Shown piece after piece: positions 39,221-55,427 of a stretch of 64,000 nucleotides of DNA. Position numbers and translations under genes: made by a program. The stretch lies in contig OZ024755.1 in assembly GCA_964016885.1 (NCBI GenBank), forward strand, positions 7,750,001-7,814,000. The letters are read 5' to 3'. Source of the stretch: Eledone cirrhosa (lineage: Eukaryota). The notes below the pieces were generated by a model. It was not told where the DNA came from, did no database searches, and saw only the letters and a list, made by a program, of their open reading frames with translations. How positions within the stretch are numbered: the stretch's first letter is position 1; each line of letters opens with the position of its first letter.

Positions 39221-41159
39221 TTTTTGACACTGCCACGTGTTGGTAAATTTGACACGTGTCAGTGGATGGTGCCTGCTATTTACCATACAACCTCCACAGT
39301 TTAGTGAATGATGGGTATTGTTGGGAGTGGAGACTTGCTTGGCTCACCTCACTCTTGAGCACCCTCTCTGATAAGTGTGAGTAAATATAGAGGGGAAAAT
39401 AAAAGATAAACCTCTCTCTATTGTATTTTCAGTAGTTGGAAACAATAAACTAAATAGACAAGCGATAAATGCGAGGATTATACAATGATATTATGAGTAA
39501 TAACCACAGATGTCACAAGTTCAGGGGCGGCTTTTCGTTTCGCATCCACTTCTATTCACTGTGCTTGTCGACAGGGCCACGTGTCGCAGTAGTTAGACAC
39601 GATTCTCGCCTGAAACACGATCTAAGATTAACCACTGACATAACTCACTATTCAGCAGATGTCATACAGAGAAGTTTAACCGCGACCATATAAACAATAA
39701 CAATAACACTAAACAACAATAACTATAACAACTATAAGAACATCAGAACTATTGTCTTAACTAAACTAGAAAGATGACTTTATGTTTGTTGCATAAATTA
39801 ACGTGGCGAACAAGCTGACCACCTTGACAAAGTCTGGGGTGGTTGGTAGGTAGTTGGTTTTTGATAAATTACTTAAAACGTAAATTTCTGTTTGTACATT
39901 GATTCCGAACCACGAGCGTCTTAGTGGTTAAAGTGGCCCTTCCCTCACACTAGAGAATTGTAACTGGAGTGATTTGTGATGGACGAAGACAGATTACAGA
40001 GAGACAGCATTGGTACGTGTATATATATATATATACTGTACATATATATACTGTACATATATATATTGTTATGTTGTTATATTTGGGGAGGGTCATATTG
40101 TTATAATATTGCCAGAAATAATAATATAACACACTCACTGTTTGGTTTCGGTTGGTTTTCGCTTCTGTATCTTTTATATCTCCATAGTTAATTTATTTGG
40201 CAATCAATGTTTATCATTGATTGACCAACGGCTAAAAATATATACATATATATATATGGTGATATATATTATCAAATGATTCTATGGACATACTTTATAG
40301 TATATATATATATATATATATATATACAATATACATATATATACATTTATATATACAATACATGGCAAAATGGCTTATACCTGCCTAGGTAGTCGGAGTT
40401 TCTCGAAGTAAGCTGATATTATTGTTCGTTCGTTGGCCATTGGAAAGTTTGTCACTGCCGGTGATACTTCAGTAAAGTTCCTCTTGATAAAAACTACCTC
40501 TTTGGAAATGTGTAAATTATATAGTATATTTACCTCGATATTTACATATTGTGGGCTATTTTTAGTGAGTACCACTGCACATTCAGGCAACGATACGATA
40601 TTTTCTCCTATGCTGGAAACACTGAAAGGTACTCTATCCAATATGATATTTTCTTAAACTGTTGGCTGTGATTTCAGAGAAATTTAGCTACTATTGCTAG
40701 CAGATGATACGAAACCGTAGAAGACCACTCGATCAGTCGAAATATAACTAATGCCAGAGGAAGGAAGGACTTTGAAGTCTTTGAAATCTTCTAGAGGTTT
40801 CGAAACAAAATATATAATGTAAAGTGAGGTTAATTTCTGTGATGCTGTTGATCAAGTTTACAGTGAGGAAGGAAGTTACGTTATTGGTTTAGTCACAATT
40901 ACATTAGCTATTGTTAACATAACTCACACACACATACATACGAACACAAACACGCATACACACGCACACAAACACACACACGCACACATACGAACACAAA
41001 CACACTCAGACACACTCGTACACACACAGACACACTCGTACACACACAATCACACCTATGTCTCCCCTTCTATGTATACACATACATATAGTCATACCCA
41101 TGTCACCTCTACACACACACATACAGACACACGTATGTCTCCCCTCTCACACATTCAGA

Positions 41160-41696
41160 CACACATACTCTCTGTCATATACTATGCTTATCTCTCTCTC
41201 TCTCCTTCTGTCACATACTATGTTTATCTCGCTCTATCTCCTTCCCTCTCTGCCATATACTATACTTATGTCTGTATCTATCTAGCTCTCCCTCTCTGTC
41301 ACATACTATGTTTATCTCGCTCTCTCTATCTCTCTCTCTCTCTCTCCCTCTCTGTCACATACTATGTTTATCTCGCACTCTCTGTCTCTCTCTCTCTGCT
41401 ACATACTGTATTTATCTCGCTCTATCTCCCCCTTCTATCTCTCTCTCCCTCTCTGTCACATACTATGTTTATCTCGCTCTCTCCCTCTCTCTCTCTCTCT
41501 CTCTGCTACATACTGTATTTATCTCGCTCTATCTCCCCCTCTATCTATCTCTCTCCCTCTCTGTCACATACTATGTTTATCTCGCTCTATCTCTCTCCCT
41601 CTCTGTCACATACTATATTTATCTCGCTCTCTCTCTCTCTCTGTCTCTCTCTCTCACATACTATATTTATCTATCTCTCTCTCTCTGTCACATATT

Positions 41697-41735
<39 letters not shown>

Positions 41736-41770
41736 TCTGTCACACACTATATTTATCTCGCTCTATCCTT
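41160..41770. repeat. Minisatellite, ~40-50 bp unit ctctgtcacatactatgtttatctcgctct(ct)n
   Basis: More than 10 tandem units with variable CT runs. Confidence 0.92.
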
Positions 41771-42594
41771 CTCCTTACTCGCTATTATCATTGTCTGAGA
41801 CACATTGCTATAACATCTAACGTTTGCTATACTTATGTTACTTCATTATATTCTCTGGAAATGTGCCTAGTGTTGTAATATCTACCTCTTAAAGTTTCCA
41901 CATTTACAGGTGTATTGTCGCTTTAGCCGAATATGCAAGCAGGCCGCCAAAAATGCTTGCACCAGAAGCTAATATTAACAATTTTGGCTCCATTAATACA
42001 AGCAGTAATGGCGCTCCCGCTACGAAAAGAACTTTCACATTATATGAGATCAATCGACGTTGCCAATTTTCTGTGAGGCATTTTCACTGTTTCTATCCAA
42101 CACTAATATTAATTTATTGGATATAAATTCTGCTAATGATATCAAATTGATGGAGGAAATTTGTTTAACACATTTACAACTGTGTATATTGTATTCTCGC
42201 TGAAGGAATTAAGTGTTATTGTAAAATAACTAATAATAATAATAATAAAAATAACAATAATAGCTCCTTAATAGCTGCTATTGACTGTATATATATTATA
42301 CTTAATATATTTATCGTTTGGATATCGTTAAAGACTGTCAATAGATTCACCATTGTAGTCAAATGTCTCTGACCGTTTGATGTAGATTTCTTCTTGAGTA
42401 GTGAAACACTAATACTACATAAGGGCGCAGACATAGTTGAGTCGTTAAGAAGCTTGCTTCACAATAAACAGCTTCAGGGTTCGACCCCAGTGTGTGACAT
42501 CTTAACCAGTGTTTTTACGGTAGTAACATGATTAGATAGACGGCAAATTCACAGAATCATTAGAACAGTGGTTCTTAACCATTTTGTATAGCAA

Positions 42595-42770
42595 CACCCT
42601 TAACGAGATCTTCTGAAGATCCCGTTAAGGGTGAAAGCAGCGATTCTTTGCTTAAACTTTAATCTGTTATTTTAATAAATATTTGCTCTATGATTCTTAT
42701 ATATTTTTTATATATATCCTTATCGAGGCCTCTTTGGATTTTAGTCTTCACATTTATTATTATTACTATA
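42595..42770 (+). mobile_element. Family E fold-back element with hammerhead core
   Basis: CTGAAGA 42613-42619, stem II t-ccc-gttaa-ggg-t, GAAA 42633-42636, stem III agcag/ttgct. Palindrome 42595-42633 is centred on the core. Tail ends in (TA)n. Confidence 0.75.
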
Positions 42771-43518
42771 TATATATATATATATATATATAATTTGATA
42801 CTTGAAATTCTGAGCTTTAATCTTATCGAGGTTGAAATATATAGTAGAGAGACAAACTGAAAATAGTAAACTGGTGATGTGTGTGAACGCAAGCATGTGT
42901 GTGTGGGTGTGTGGTTAGAAAATATAATCTGGCCATTATTCAAAAAATGCCCGGTGTTAGAGCCAAGACATAAATTCATAATAAAATTCCTAATTGCATA
43001 ATAAAGCAATTGTTATCACAAAGAGGCCATATTTGGTTTTCAATAAATTACCTCCCAGAAAGAACCCATAAAATATAAGTCTATTTAGAATCAATTATCT
43101 ATCAATGCTGGAGATGCTTTCAGTCATAAACTTACGATTATATATAAGAAAAATCGCCAAGACGAGGCTTCAATTGAATGCATTACTACAACAAGAACCC
43201 GAGAGACACTTTATTTGTTTTGTGCCAGGATAAGAATCATCTTACGAATTATTTGTCTTGAAAGAGGAAACGTTTAAAAAATGTCTCCAACTGTTTTCAC
43301 GATGAATGGACAAGTTGTTCAATGACACGGAATAGGGCCTGAAATTAACGTGTAAGTTGCTGAGGTACCCATGATATGATTTCTCGGGAAGATTCAGTAT
43401 TTCACAGTGTCTAACAAGGTCAACATTGAAATGCAAGCAGAGTTTATTAGATAAGCTTCTACGTGTTTCCCACTATCCAATTTCACTCTCAAAGCATGGT
43501 TATATATATATATATATA

Positions 43519-43889
<371 letters not shown>

Positions 43890-44287
43890 ATTGGTTTAGT
43901 ATTATATATATATTAATATATTCGAATAAAAATTTTATTTTCTGACTTTATGTATATATGTTCATGTATTCATGTATTGTAAATAAAGAACTACTACATA
44001 CATGCATACACACATAAACACTCATACATACATGCATGCATACATACATACATACACGTGTGTCCATATGTATTTGGAATTTCTTTGTCTGTTGTTGTTT
44101 CAATGTTTGTTTAATATGTGTGGACAGAGTTATTCTATTCGGAGTCTTTGTGAAGAAGCAATAAAATTATAATACAGTATTGTAATAACGATAGAAATAT
44201 ATTCTGCCTGTTTGTTGTGGAGTTATTTATTGTACCATACATCGTGTGGCATCCATTGTAAATATATTGTCACAGCTCATTAATATA

Positions 44288-44472
44288 TAATTGTTTCTAC
44301 TTTAGACACAAGGTCAGCAATTACCCAGTGCATTACTGGTACTTTATTTTATCGACCCCGTAAGGATGAAAGGCAAAGTTAACCTCGGCGAGATTTGAAC
44401 TCAGATCGTAAAGGGACGTAACTATGCTGGAAAGCATGGTGGCCGACCCTCTACTGATACTGCCAATCCACC
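44288..44472 (-). mobile_element. Deu/Nin-domain SINE
   Basis: Same family as 37559 and 54733. Confidence 0.9.
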
Positions 44473-44647
44473 AATGACACATATGTATGGACGTGTCATT
44501 CCCCTTCATAATCACAACACCTACATACAGAACCGATGCTACCATCAAGGCTAACAAGGCAGCCCTCAAGGGCGCAAACCTTAGGAGAGCTAATTTCTGA
44601 AACGTAAAGGATCAGGATGTTATTCAAATTTCCATGATACACTTATA

Positions 44648-44679
<32 letters not shown>

Positions 44680-45229
44680 GTTTCCTGCGATCAGTAAACA
44701 TCTCACTAAATATCATTGTTGGTGTGCTATAGAGTACTACAATCTCTAATATTAGTTACTATAATATACATTAGATTATGTAGCCCTAGATACACTATGT
44801 CTGAATAAAAGATGGGATTGTGATAGGTAGAATATCTTTGATCATATGTCTGTCAGGATTAGGACTGACCTTGGGCTAAATAGCATCAGTAACATCCATA
44901 GTCACTAATACCAACTACTCATAAAATGACAAATGACATAGGTTCCATTAAGGCCAACTAGGTCACCACCTAAAGTACAAGATTCAGAGTTGTGCATTAC
45001 TGAATCATCAAATTTGTATGATTTAATTAAATGGGATTAAGAAATAGACGTTATGTTTAGTACAGGGACTGAAGGGTGGACACAATATGGGCGACAACAT
45101 GGAACTAACCAGCTTCGGGGAATAGTAATAGCAGAACATGCAGAGAGATAAGACATCATGCCTGTAGGCAGAGGCTCGAGTGAGTTCTTCAGAAACTTCG
45201 TACTATCTGTCAGGTTGAAGTTCTCTTGA

Positions 45230-45420
45230 GGCGGTTTAGGATGTTTGTGTGTAAAGTAACAGCACCAACCTAGATATGAGAAAAATTTGCACTGTAGGTT
45301 TCAACTAAGCTTTGTAGAGGCTTAGTAGTTTGATAGGGTCTTGTTAATGGCTGTCTTCACCAGTACAGTAATATTTGAAGTGTATGCTATAGGGTGATAT
45401 TTAGAAGAATCAAATATGTT
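45230..45420 (-). pseudogene. Decayed LINE RT relic
   Basis: Minus translation DSSKYHPIAYTSNITVLVKTAINKTLSNY*ASTKLS*NLQCKF resembles the RT motif NYRPIALTS...L..YLE...L...QYGF. Confidence 0.45.
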
Positions 45421-47029
45421 GACCTTAATGAAGCAAAAGTTAAGCTCAAAGTGAGATGAGAAACCCTTATCCTGATTTCATTTCCTGGCAAAATATAAAA
45501 TCACTTTATGTGAATTACACCAACAATATCTTGGTAAAAGTGTGAACGCCACATTTCATTTCTTCCAGCCTATAAATCTGATAAGTAAAAAAACTAATAT
45601 ATTTATCATGTTTATTCCATAAATATTGAGCACTATGGGAAGCAATATACAACATTAATGTAAATAAAAACTATGGAAAAGCTGTTTATTAGTATGCGAC
45701 TGTAACTAAAATATCTGACTTCCAAACTCGATCATCTTGAAAAGTCGTTTATTCAGCTAACAAGATTTCGCCTAAAAAGCCTGCAACTACGTCTCCCTAG
45801 ACACAGCCCCACATATGTACAACGTTGATGGGTTGCTTCTTTTATTGCACCTTCTTCTATCTCCTTCCTCCCTACTTGCTTACTCTCTTTCTCTCTCTCT
45901 CTCTGCTCTTATTTCTTTCCTTCACCTCTCAACACTCTCCTTTCAGCCTCTTAAATCTCTGTCTCTAAACTCTCTGCATCGCAAATCTTTCTTTCTCAGT
46001 TCTCTCTGTCTTATCTCAACCCTCTTCCTCCTCTCAACTATCTTCCTCTCTTTTCAGCTTTCTATCCTTCCCCTCTCAGCCTTCTATCTAACTTCAGCTC
46101 CCTTCCTGCTTACAATTATCTCCCATTCTTTTGAACTCTCTTTTCCTCCCATCTCAGCTTTCCCCTTTCCTTCTCACTCCTCTCTCATTTCTCTCCCTCT
46201 CACTCTCTTTCTTTTCCTGTCATGCCTCTCAGTTTTCTTTCCCTAAACTCTCATCCCTTATTTTCTCTCTTCTCATAACCTTCCACCCTTTCTGCCCTGT
46301 CCCATGCTCTTTGTTGTGTGCAACGAAAATCTTTTGGCATTCCACGCCAAACATCTTGTAGATTACTGATAAACGAAGCTAACATTTGTTTGAACTGATC
46401 TCCTGAGTCTAACAGCCTCCGGTAAACATGAAAGCAAGAAATAATAAGAAAAAAACCCACATTACAACAAAAATATAAAAGCAGCAACAATATATAAACA
46501 AAAGACATGAAAACTAAAAGAATTTGTTCCAGAAATCAGCGATGTTCAGTGACTAGCATGACAAACAGTTAGAAAAACGAGAAATTACAATTTACCCTAA
46601 ACTTTTTACAATTGAATTCAACAATGTTTCGATTCTTGATTTACTTATATACATTAATACATTTACTTACATTCATATATGTATATATGTACTTATGCAT
46701 GTATGTACGTATGTGCGTATATATGTAGGTATACATATGAATGTACATATATACATATATATATATGTGTATATATATATACCGTTTGTGTTGTTATTTC
46801 TGTTTACCTTTTACATACATATATACAGATATACATATATACATATATATGTATAAATACATACATATATATATATTTGTATATATATGTTTATATTTAT
46901 TCATATATATGTATAAATACATACATATATATATATTTGTATATATATGTTTATATTTATTCATATATATGTATAAATATATATATATATATATATATAT
47001 AAATATATATATATATGTATATATTTATA

Positions 47030-47080
<51 letters not shown>

Positions 47081-47081
47081 A

Positions 47082-47212
<131 letters not shown>

Positions 47213-47253
47213 GAAAGGTATAGAAATTGTTGTAGCGAGAAGCTAACAGTATT

Positions 47254-47331
<78 letters not shown>

Positions 47332-47775
47332 TACACACATATAAATGCATATACATATATATAGGTTCTCCAGATCTATACTTCCTTTTCACTGTTATTA
47401 TCATATTTCATTTATATCGTTTCGTAAATTTCCATTTTACTATGGCGGCTGTGGAAAAGTAACTATAACGGAAGCTAAGATGGCGAACACTTAACTTGTT
47501 CAGTGTCAATTTTCTAACACTCAGTGAACCGTACGGAATATTGTTAGTGGTAGAACATGCTGAGAGGCTATGTGGTGGTGGTGTTGGTGGTGGTGTTGAG
47601 GGGTTAGGGTTTATTGATAAAACAACAGTCATCGTCTCATTATTTATTTTTGTTTCCTCTCTTCAACTATCTATGTATTTACATACCCTGTCTAGCTATA
47701 CATATGTGTGTGTGTGTGTGTGTGTGGAGAGAGAGAGAGAGTGAGAGAGAGAGAGAAACAAACTGAAAACGTCGC

Positions 47776-47816
<41 letters not shown>

Positions 47817-47879
47817 TAAATATATATGTATATATATATGCATCTGTATGTATATATATGTTACTAGATATGAATTCTT

Positions 47880-47927
<48 letters not shown>

Positions 47928-48016
47928 ACATATAATATATATATCATATATATATATATATGTATACATATAATATATATATCATATATATATATATGTA
48001 TACATATAATATATAT

Positions 48017-48087
<71 letters not shown>

Positions 48088-48664
48088 TATATATATCATA
48101 TATATGTGTGTGTATTTGTGTATGTGTATGCTTAAACTTCAAGATAAGCCCTCATCTCTCTCTCACTCTTTTTCTCTCTCTGTGTATATATTTATCTCTA
48201 TATCTATATCTATATATATATATACACACACACATAATTACGTATCTACATACATATATACATAAATACATACATACATACATACATAAATACATACATA
48301 CACACGATAATCTATCTCTTCATTTATGATTTCAATTCAGTTCTGTCTCTTTCCACCAACCGGTGTTTCGAAGATCAGAGAATTGGTCAGGTGAAACAGA
48401 GACATTAAGTCATTATTAGTTTGACTCAATGCTGGACATAGTTGTCTACATTTGTGAAATGGAACGATTATAATGGGGTGGAGTGTAAGGTGGTGTGGGT
48501 TGAGAGGGAAGTTGGACAATCAGGCTGAATACGTTGTAAGAAACCCTCAGGGAGATTTAAGATGATGAATATTAAGTTGCTACAACCATCTACGTTTTTA
48601 GCATTCAAATATATCTTCTTAAAAAAAATACAACTTTATTTTCTTCCGCATCTCTGACCATATA

Positions 48665-48666
48665 AG

Positions 48667-48704
<38 letters not shown>

Positions 48705-49105
48705 ATATATCTATCTCTCTATCTATCTATCTATCTATCTATATCTATCTCTCTATCTCTATCTCACTCTCCACTATCTCAGCCTCTCTCCTTTCTCTCA
48801 TTATCTTACTCTATCTCCACCCTATCTCACTCTCTCTCTCTCTCTCTCTCTCATATTCTCCCCTCTAACTCACTCTATCTCTACTCTATCTCCCCCCTCC
48901 CTCTCTCTTATATTCTCCCATCTATCTACACTCCATCTCACTTTCTCCCCTCTCTCTCTCTCTCACTATCTCACTTTCTCTCCCTTTCTTGCTGTCACTA
49001 TCTTACTTTCTCTTCCTTTCTCACTTTCACTCTCTCTTCCTTTTTCTCTCTCCCTATCTCACACTATTTCTATCTCACTCTATCTCACTATCTCACTTTT
49101 TCTCC

Positions 49106-49184
<79 letters not shown>

Positions 49185-49195
49185 TTTCTCTTTCA
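48665..49195. repeat. CT-rich low-complexity / (TC)n tract
   Basis: Read directly. Confidence 0.9.
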
Positions 49196-49738
49196 CATTA
49201 GTTTGTCCACATAAAACGAAATAGTCGATAGATTATATATATAAAGAGACTGTGTGTTGAGGAAATACACTATATTCTAATGAATGTAAATAGAACCATT
49301 GTCGCTATTTAGATGTCAATCACATCTGAAATTTGTAAAAGAATAAAATATTTTTCCTGTAATTAAGTAAAACTACCGAAGTTTCTGTCTCTGGAATTAA
49401 TATTTTTGTTTTCCTTCTTTTAAATTTATAATATTTTGAAATTAACTTAGTGATGGTGTGACGGATTTGAATTTTTCAAGTTAGAGACCCTTGTTCTATG
49501 GGTTGGGCGGTGTGTTAGCTTAGTCATTAGGGGTGTTGCATATAATGTTTTGCGGTTATCTTCGCCTTGGATTCAAATTCTGCCAAAATCATATTGGGTG
49601 CATATATATTGTGTTTTTATGCGCCGAAACATCCAAGGTACGGAGTAAACAGGTGACGTGAACATTTTCATCTCTTGTCTGTGTCCCGATTACCTTATAA
49701 TACTTCGTTTTCAGTAACCACACAGCCTTGCCTCTTAC

Positions 49739-49815
<77 letters not shown>

Positions 49816-49880
49816 CTTATTCCTAATTAAACTATTTTTCACTGTGAACAATTTGTCAGCATTTTCTATTCCGTTTACCA

Positions 49881-49913
<33 letters not shown>

Positions 49914-50575
49914 TATGGCGACCAGCTCAAGGAACGATCTAAGCATCCAACACCAATTATATATATATATATATATTCTAGATACATATATATGTGTGTT
50001 TGTGTGAGCGTGTGTGCTCCTGCTTGTCTGTCTCTGTGTGTGTGTGTGTGTATAAATGTTATTAATTGTATCTACACACCCAACCAACCACAGACCAAAA
50101 ATATATTTTCACTTCAGGAAAATATTTTGTCATTCAATTGCTAAATACGTTGGGCATCTTAACTAAACTCTTTGCAGAAAGGAAGAATTTTATTTCCAAT
50201 CTAGTCATCCATCATTTTGGCATCCCATTTTCAATATTATTTTTCTTCACTAAATTGTCTTGAAGATTTTGTCATGAAGTCTTCCATTCACATCACATGT
50301 GTCGTTCAGTTAGAAACAGAGAGTAAAATGAAGGCTGAAAGGCTTGATGATAAATTTAACATGGACGCTTCTCATACCCTTTCCGTAAATTGCCAGCAAT
50401 CAATCATATGCAGTTCGCATTTCATTTATTGAAATCAATGAATGTTAGTTAGTCTATGCAATACTTTCGTATGCGGAGGCTCGTGACTTAGTGGCTACGT
50501 TGTTCGGCTCATGGTCTGAAGGTCTTAAGTTCGGTTCACAGTAGCACTATTTGTCTTTCTTGTCCTCTAGAAGCC

Positions 50576-50661
<86 letters not shown>

Positions 50662-50852
50662 CAAGAAAAAAAGAGTGACGTGGTTCGCTATACAATAAGG
50701 GCTTTATTACATAGAAATCACCGCGAACTCGCAGCATCATTATGGAAACGTCTTGTTGAGTCAAACTAAGTCACACGTTAATACTATCCACTACACGGAG
50801 TACTCTAACTGGACTACATCTAAGTGGACTGCCTATAACGATAACCTGTTAT

Positions 50853-50902
<50 letters not shown>

Positions 50903-50907
<5 letters not shown>

Positions 50908-50972
50908 TAAAATAACAGATTAAAGTTTAAGCAAAGAATCGCTGCTTAGTCTTCAAATTTATTATTATTACT
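50903..50972 (+). mobile_element. Family E short rearranged copy
   Basis: Inverted stem III/tail segment joined to ttagtcttcaaatttattattattactATA. Confidence 0.75.
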
Positions 50973-50990
50973 ATATATATATATATATAT

Positions 50991-51065
50991 AACAAAGGGG
51001 TGTGGTAAGAAACCAGGTGGACCATAACGCACCAGAGTACTCAATACTTAGGGTAGTAGAGTGGG

Positions 51066-51069
<4 letters not shown>
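50991..51069 (-). mobile_element. Family A 5'-truncated copy (tail only, no fold-back)
   Basis: aacaaaggggtgtggtaagaaaccagg...cttagggtagtagagtgggtaat between TA tracts. Confidence 0.85.
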
Positions 51070-51142
<73 letters not shown>

Positions 51143-51689
51143 AATATATATATATGTGTGTGTGTGTGTATGTGTGTGTGGGTATATGTATGTGTATGTG
51201 AATAAATTCTCTTTCTAGAAATATTTGTAGTAGTGGTGGATATATAGGTAAGGAATCAGCATGTTTTGGAAGATTGCTCAAAGATTGTTCGATAAAGAAA
51301 AAAAAATAAAACGTCTAAGAACCACGGGTATATGCCATGCAAGACTAAGAAAATGATTCTGCATTTATCTAACTAGCAATAGTTATAAAAACAGATATTT
51401 GAAATACTGGAGAAATTCTTCACCTCAAACGGGACTGTTGAATCTGTCGCTCTGTCTTCCTTTTCTTTATTTTCTTTATTTAATTGTATTTCTTTTTCTT
51501 TTTCTATTTATTACAAACATTATATAACCCAATTGAAATTTCTTGAGTAAAATTTATCTGATTTAGTCCTAATATATGTAGGACGATAATTATATAAATA
51601 TGACTCAGTCGATCTACAGAAAGTTAACGAGTTACACTTGTACGAGGACTTAATGTAATGACAGGAAAAATAGACGCTGGGTGTTTATC

Positions 51690-52090
51690 ATATTTACCAG
51701 ATTTTGGCAATAAAATAATAACGATTTCTAATATTGGCTTCTGGCCACAAATTATTGTCTGTTGTTTGCCGCCCTACACTAATAACAATAATATCTGAAA
51801 TGGACCTCCGTCAGTTTCGACTCAGTAAGGTCATTCGCGCCTTTAATATTGTTCTCTATTTTAAATTATTAATAACATCGTTTGACAAAGAATCCTGCAT
51901 TGCCATGGGTCAGTTCTCTGATGATAATTTGGCCGGAAGACAACTCTATCTCAGACAGTGTCTGGCAAGTTGTGACCCTATTTGTATAAATTTGCTGGGT
52001 CAACTGAGAGTCGTCATTTTAAAGTTGCTCTTTACTTACACTCTTAATTCATCTGATGATGAAAGCTGGTTAGAAAATCTAACTGTATGA
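51690..52090 (+). pseudogene. Possible decayed CR1/L2-type RT relic
   Basis: RAFNIVLYFKLL...LAGRQL resembles KAFD.V....LL...L.GRQQ; weak. Confidence 0.3.
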
Positions 52091-52471
52091 AAAATCAAAG
52101 GATTTGGTGATAGGATCTAAAATAGTGCAGATCTAAAATTCACAGCCATGGGAGGTAACCATAGTTTGTAAGGAACTCAATATATTAGAAGAGTGTAGAT
52201 ATCAAGTTCAAAATGAACATTTATACCTGAGAGTGTGCAAGTGTGTGTATGCATGTTCATTTTTGTATTTGTCCTTGGTGTGTGTGTATGTATGTGCATG
52301 AGTGTTTGTGATTTGGGTGTGTGTGCATATGTGTGCATGCCTGGGTGTGTCCTTAGAAAAACTGAAAATCACACGCACACACACATATATATTGAGAGAG
52401 AGAGAGAGAGAGATACTCAAACTAAAAAAATCATTTATCCGTCGCTCTAACGACTCTGTCAATCCACCGCC

Positions 52472-52502
<31 letters not shown>

Positions 52503-53145
52503 TAATAATAATAATAATAATAATGATAATAAAAATAATAATGATAAGAGATATTTGTTATTGAATGACACATGTACAATATACTTTCTATTGTATTTCC
52601 ATCTATAATTGGCTCTAGTCCAACTTTGGGAGAAAACACGAGCCAAATATTTGCTTTTATTGCACACAACCTTTATGTTTGTTTGTCTGCTTCCGAATAG
52701 AATCACTCCTTAATAAGAAGGTCTAATCAGTTGAAATTAATTATATAACTACTTAATGGGTGTATCTGTCTTGCTTCGGAACGAAAACTAAAACCACAGA
52801 TATCCCAACTATGAAATATAATTGCTGGTTGTTCGACAGAAGAGAGAAAGAGAAAGGAAAGACTATAAAAAAACTATCACAAAAGCTATTAATAATCTCT
52901 CCAAAGAACAAATAGATATAAACAAAGCAAGAGGAATGAATATTTTCTTTTAATAACTGCAGCAAATAAAAGTGGAAGTTGAATTAGCTAAATACTCATT
53001 AGAAATATCGATTTAGTGTTTTGAAACAACCGAATTATAAAAACAACTAAAGAGTGTATAGAATTATTTCCATAAAAAATTACTGAGAGAAGTTAAAAAT
53101 ATAGAGACCGGTGTGTATACATACATACACACACACACACACACT

Positions 53146-53214
<69 letters not shown>

Positions 53215-53421
53215 ATACAGTATATACATATATATATTATATATATAGATAGTATATATTATATATAAATATAGTATATACATATATATATAGTATATAT
53301 ATATTTGAATTATATATATGTATATATATATGTATGTATGTGTGTGTAGATATATTCACAGAAAGATAGAGGAAGGGAGGGGGAGTAAGAGAGGCAGATA
53401 GATAGATAGATAGAGAGAGAG

Positions 53422-53514
<93 letters not shown>

Positions 53515-54602
53515 CAAGCGGAATATCAGGAGGCAATTACTATTAAATCAGTGTTCTTTTATTCGGAGATTTTATTTACTCACTCGTCCAAATAACACAA
53601 CATTTAACCTTTTGATTTCAAAATATTTGCCATTGTTTCTTTCTTTCTAATATGTTTCTTGTTAAAGTTGGTTTTGATTTCATAGGCAGAGAAGCTTAAT
53701 TACATTCCTAGGAACAAACTCAAACCGTATCCAGTAAAGTATGTCTTACAATATTCATTTAAATACTTCATAATAAGCTAGAGGGATGTTTAAGGATCTG
53801 TGAATTTTTACACCAATGAAAGATTTAGTTAAATCCTTATAAAACCTTACAGATGTTTCGCTGCTTCTTTGTATGGAGAATCACGTTTGATTGTCGTCTT
53901 CTGTTGAGGACACAGTATAGTCGGATGATTAATAAATACATTTCGAAATCTGAAGGTTCTGGATTCGATTTCATCTATGGAACCTTAGACAAGACTCGAT
54001 CCATGCCTAGTAAAAAAAAATGAGAATTTCTTCCGGCCTCCACTGACTTGTCATTTTATCATGTACCATTCGATACTTCATGGACCAAGAAATAAATTAC
54101 AATACAGTTCTTGGGCTAGATTATGTCATTTTCTATCAAACCACTCCTCCGAATAAGCAAAGTTACATATTGATCGTAGAAGAGCATTCAGTGCATTTCT
54201 TTTGCTCCGAAATATAGAAGTGTTTAGTGGAAGGTTAGCTATGTTCCATCCATTCACTATTGGAACTAACTAAAGTTAGCCTGATGTGCTATACATAACA
54301 GAATGAAGATAAAGACGTATGTTATCTATAAAATATCCATATATCTGACTATATATTTCTGCTATGGATTTAGTGGTTTGTGCTATTGTAACAAATATAT
54401 TTTCTCTCATTTTTAACAATCCATCCAACCAGAGAAACTAACCCCTTAATCTGGAAATTCCCAAAGCCATGACTTGTTTCTCAGAATCTATCCCCCCATA
54501 AGCTGTGGGAAATTGCCATGCAACAGGCTACTGGACAATTGTAAATAAGTATAGCTTCTCAGTCGCGCGTGTGTGTATGTATGTGTGTGTGAGAGAGAGA
54601 GA

Positions 54603-54642
<40 letters not shown>

Positions 54643-54732
54643 TATAGATATATATACATATATATACATATATCTATATATATACACATATATATATACA
54701 TATATATATACATATATATATACATATATATA

Positions 54733-55427
<695 letters not shown>

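Noticed and set aside
41160-41770. Regularly repeated unit that superficially resembles a CRISPR array
   Set aside because: Spacers are CT runs rather than unique sequences; no cas genes; eukaryotic minisatellite.
47444-47500. GTAACTATAACGG...CTAAG..GCGAA, similar to the LSU rRNA I-CeuI site
   Set aside because: Only a 13-nt exact match, with indels and no flanking rRNA homology; chance cannot be excluded.
53840-53900. Minus-strand gcagcGAAACatctGTAagg, 3' half of a PLE-type hammerhead
   Set aside because: No CUGANGA box or matching stem I upstream.
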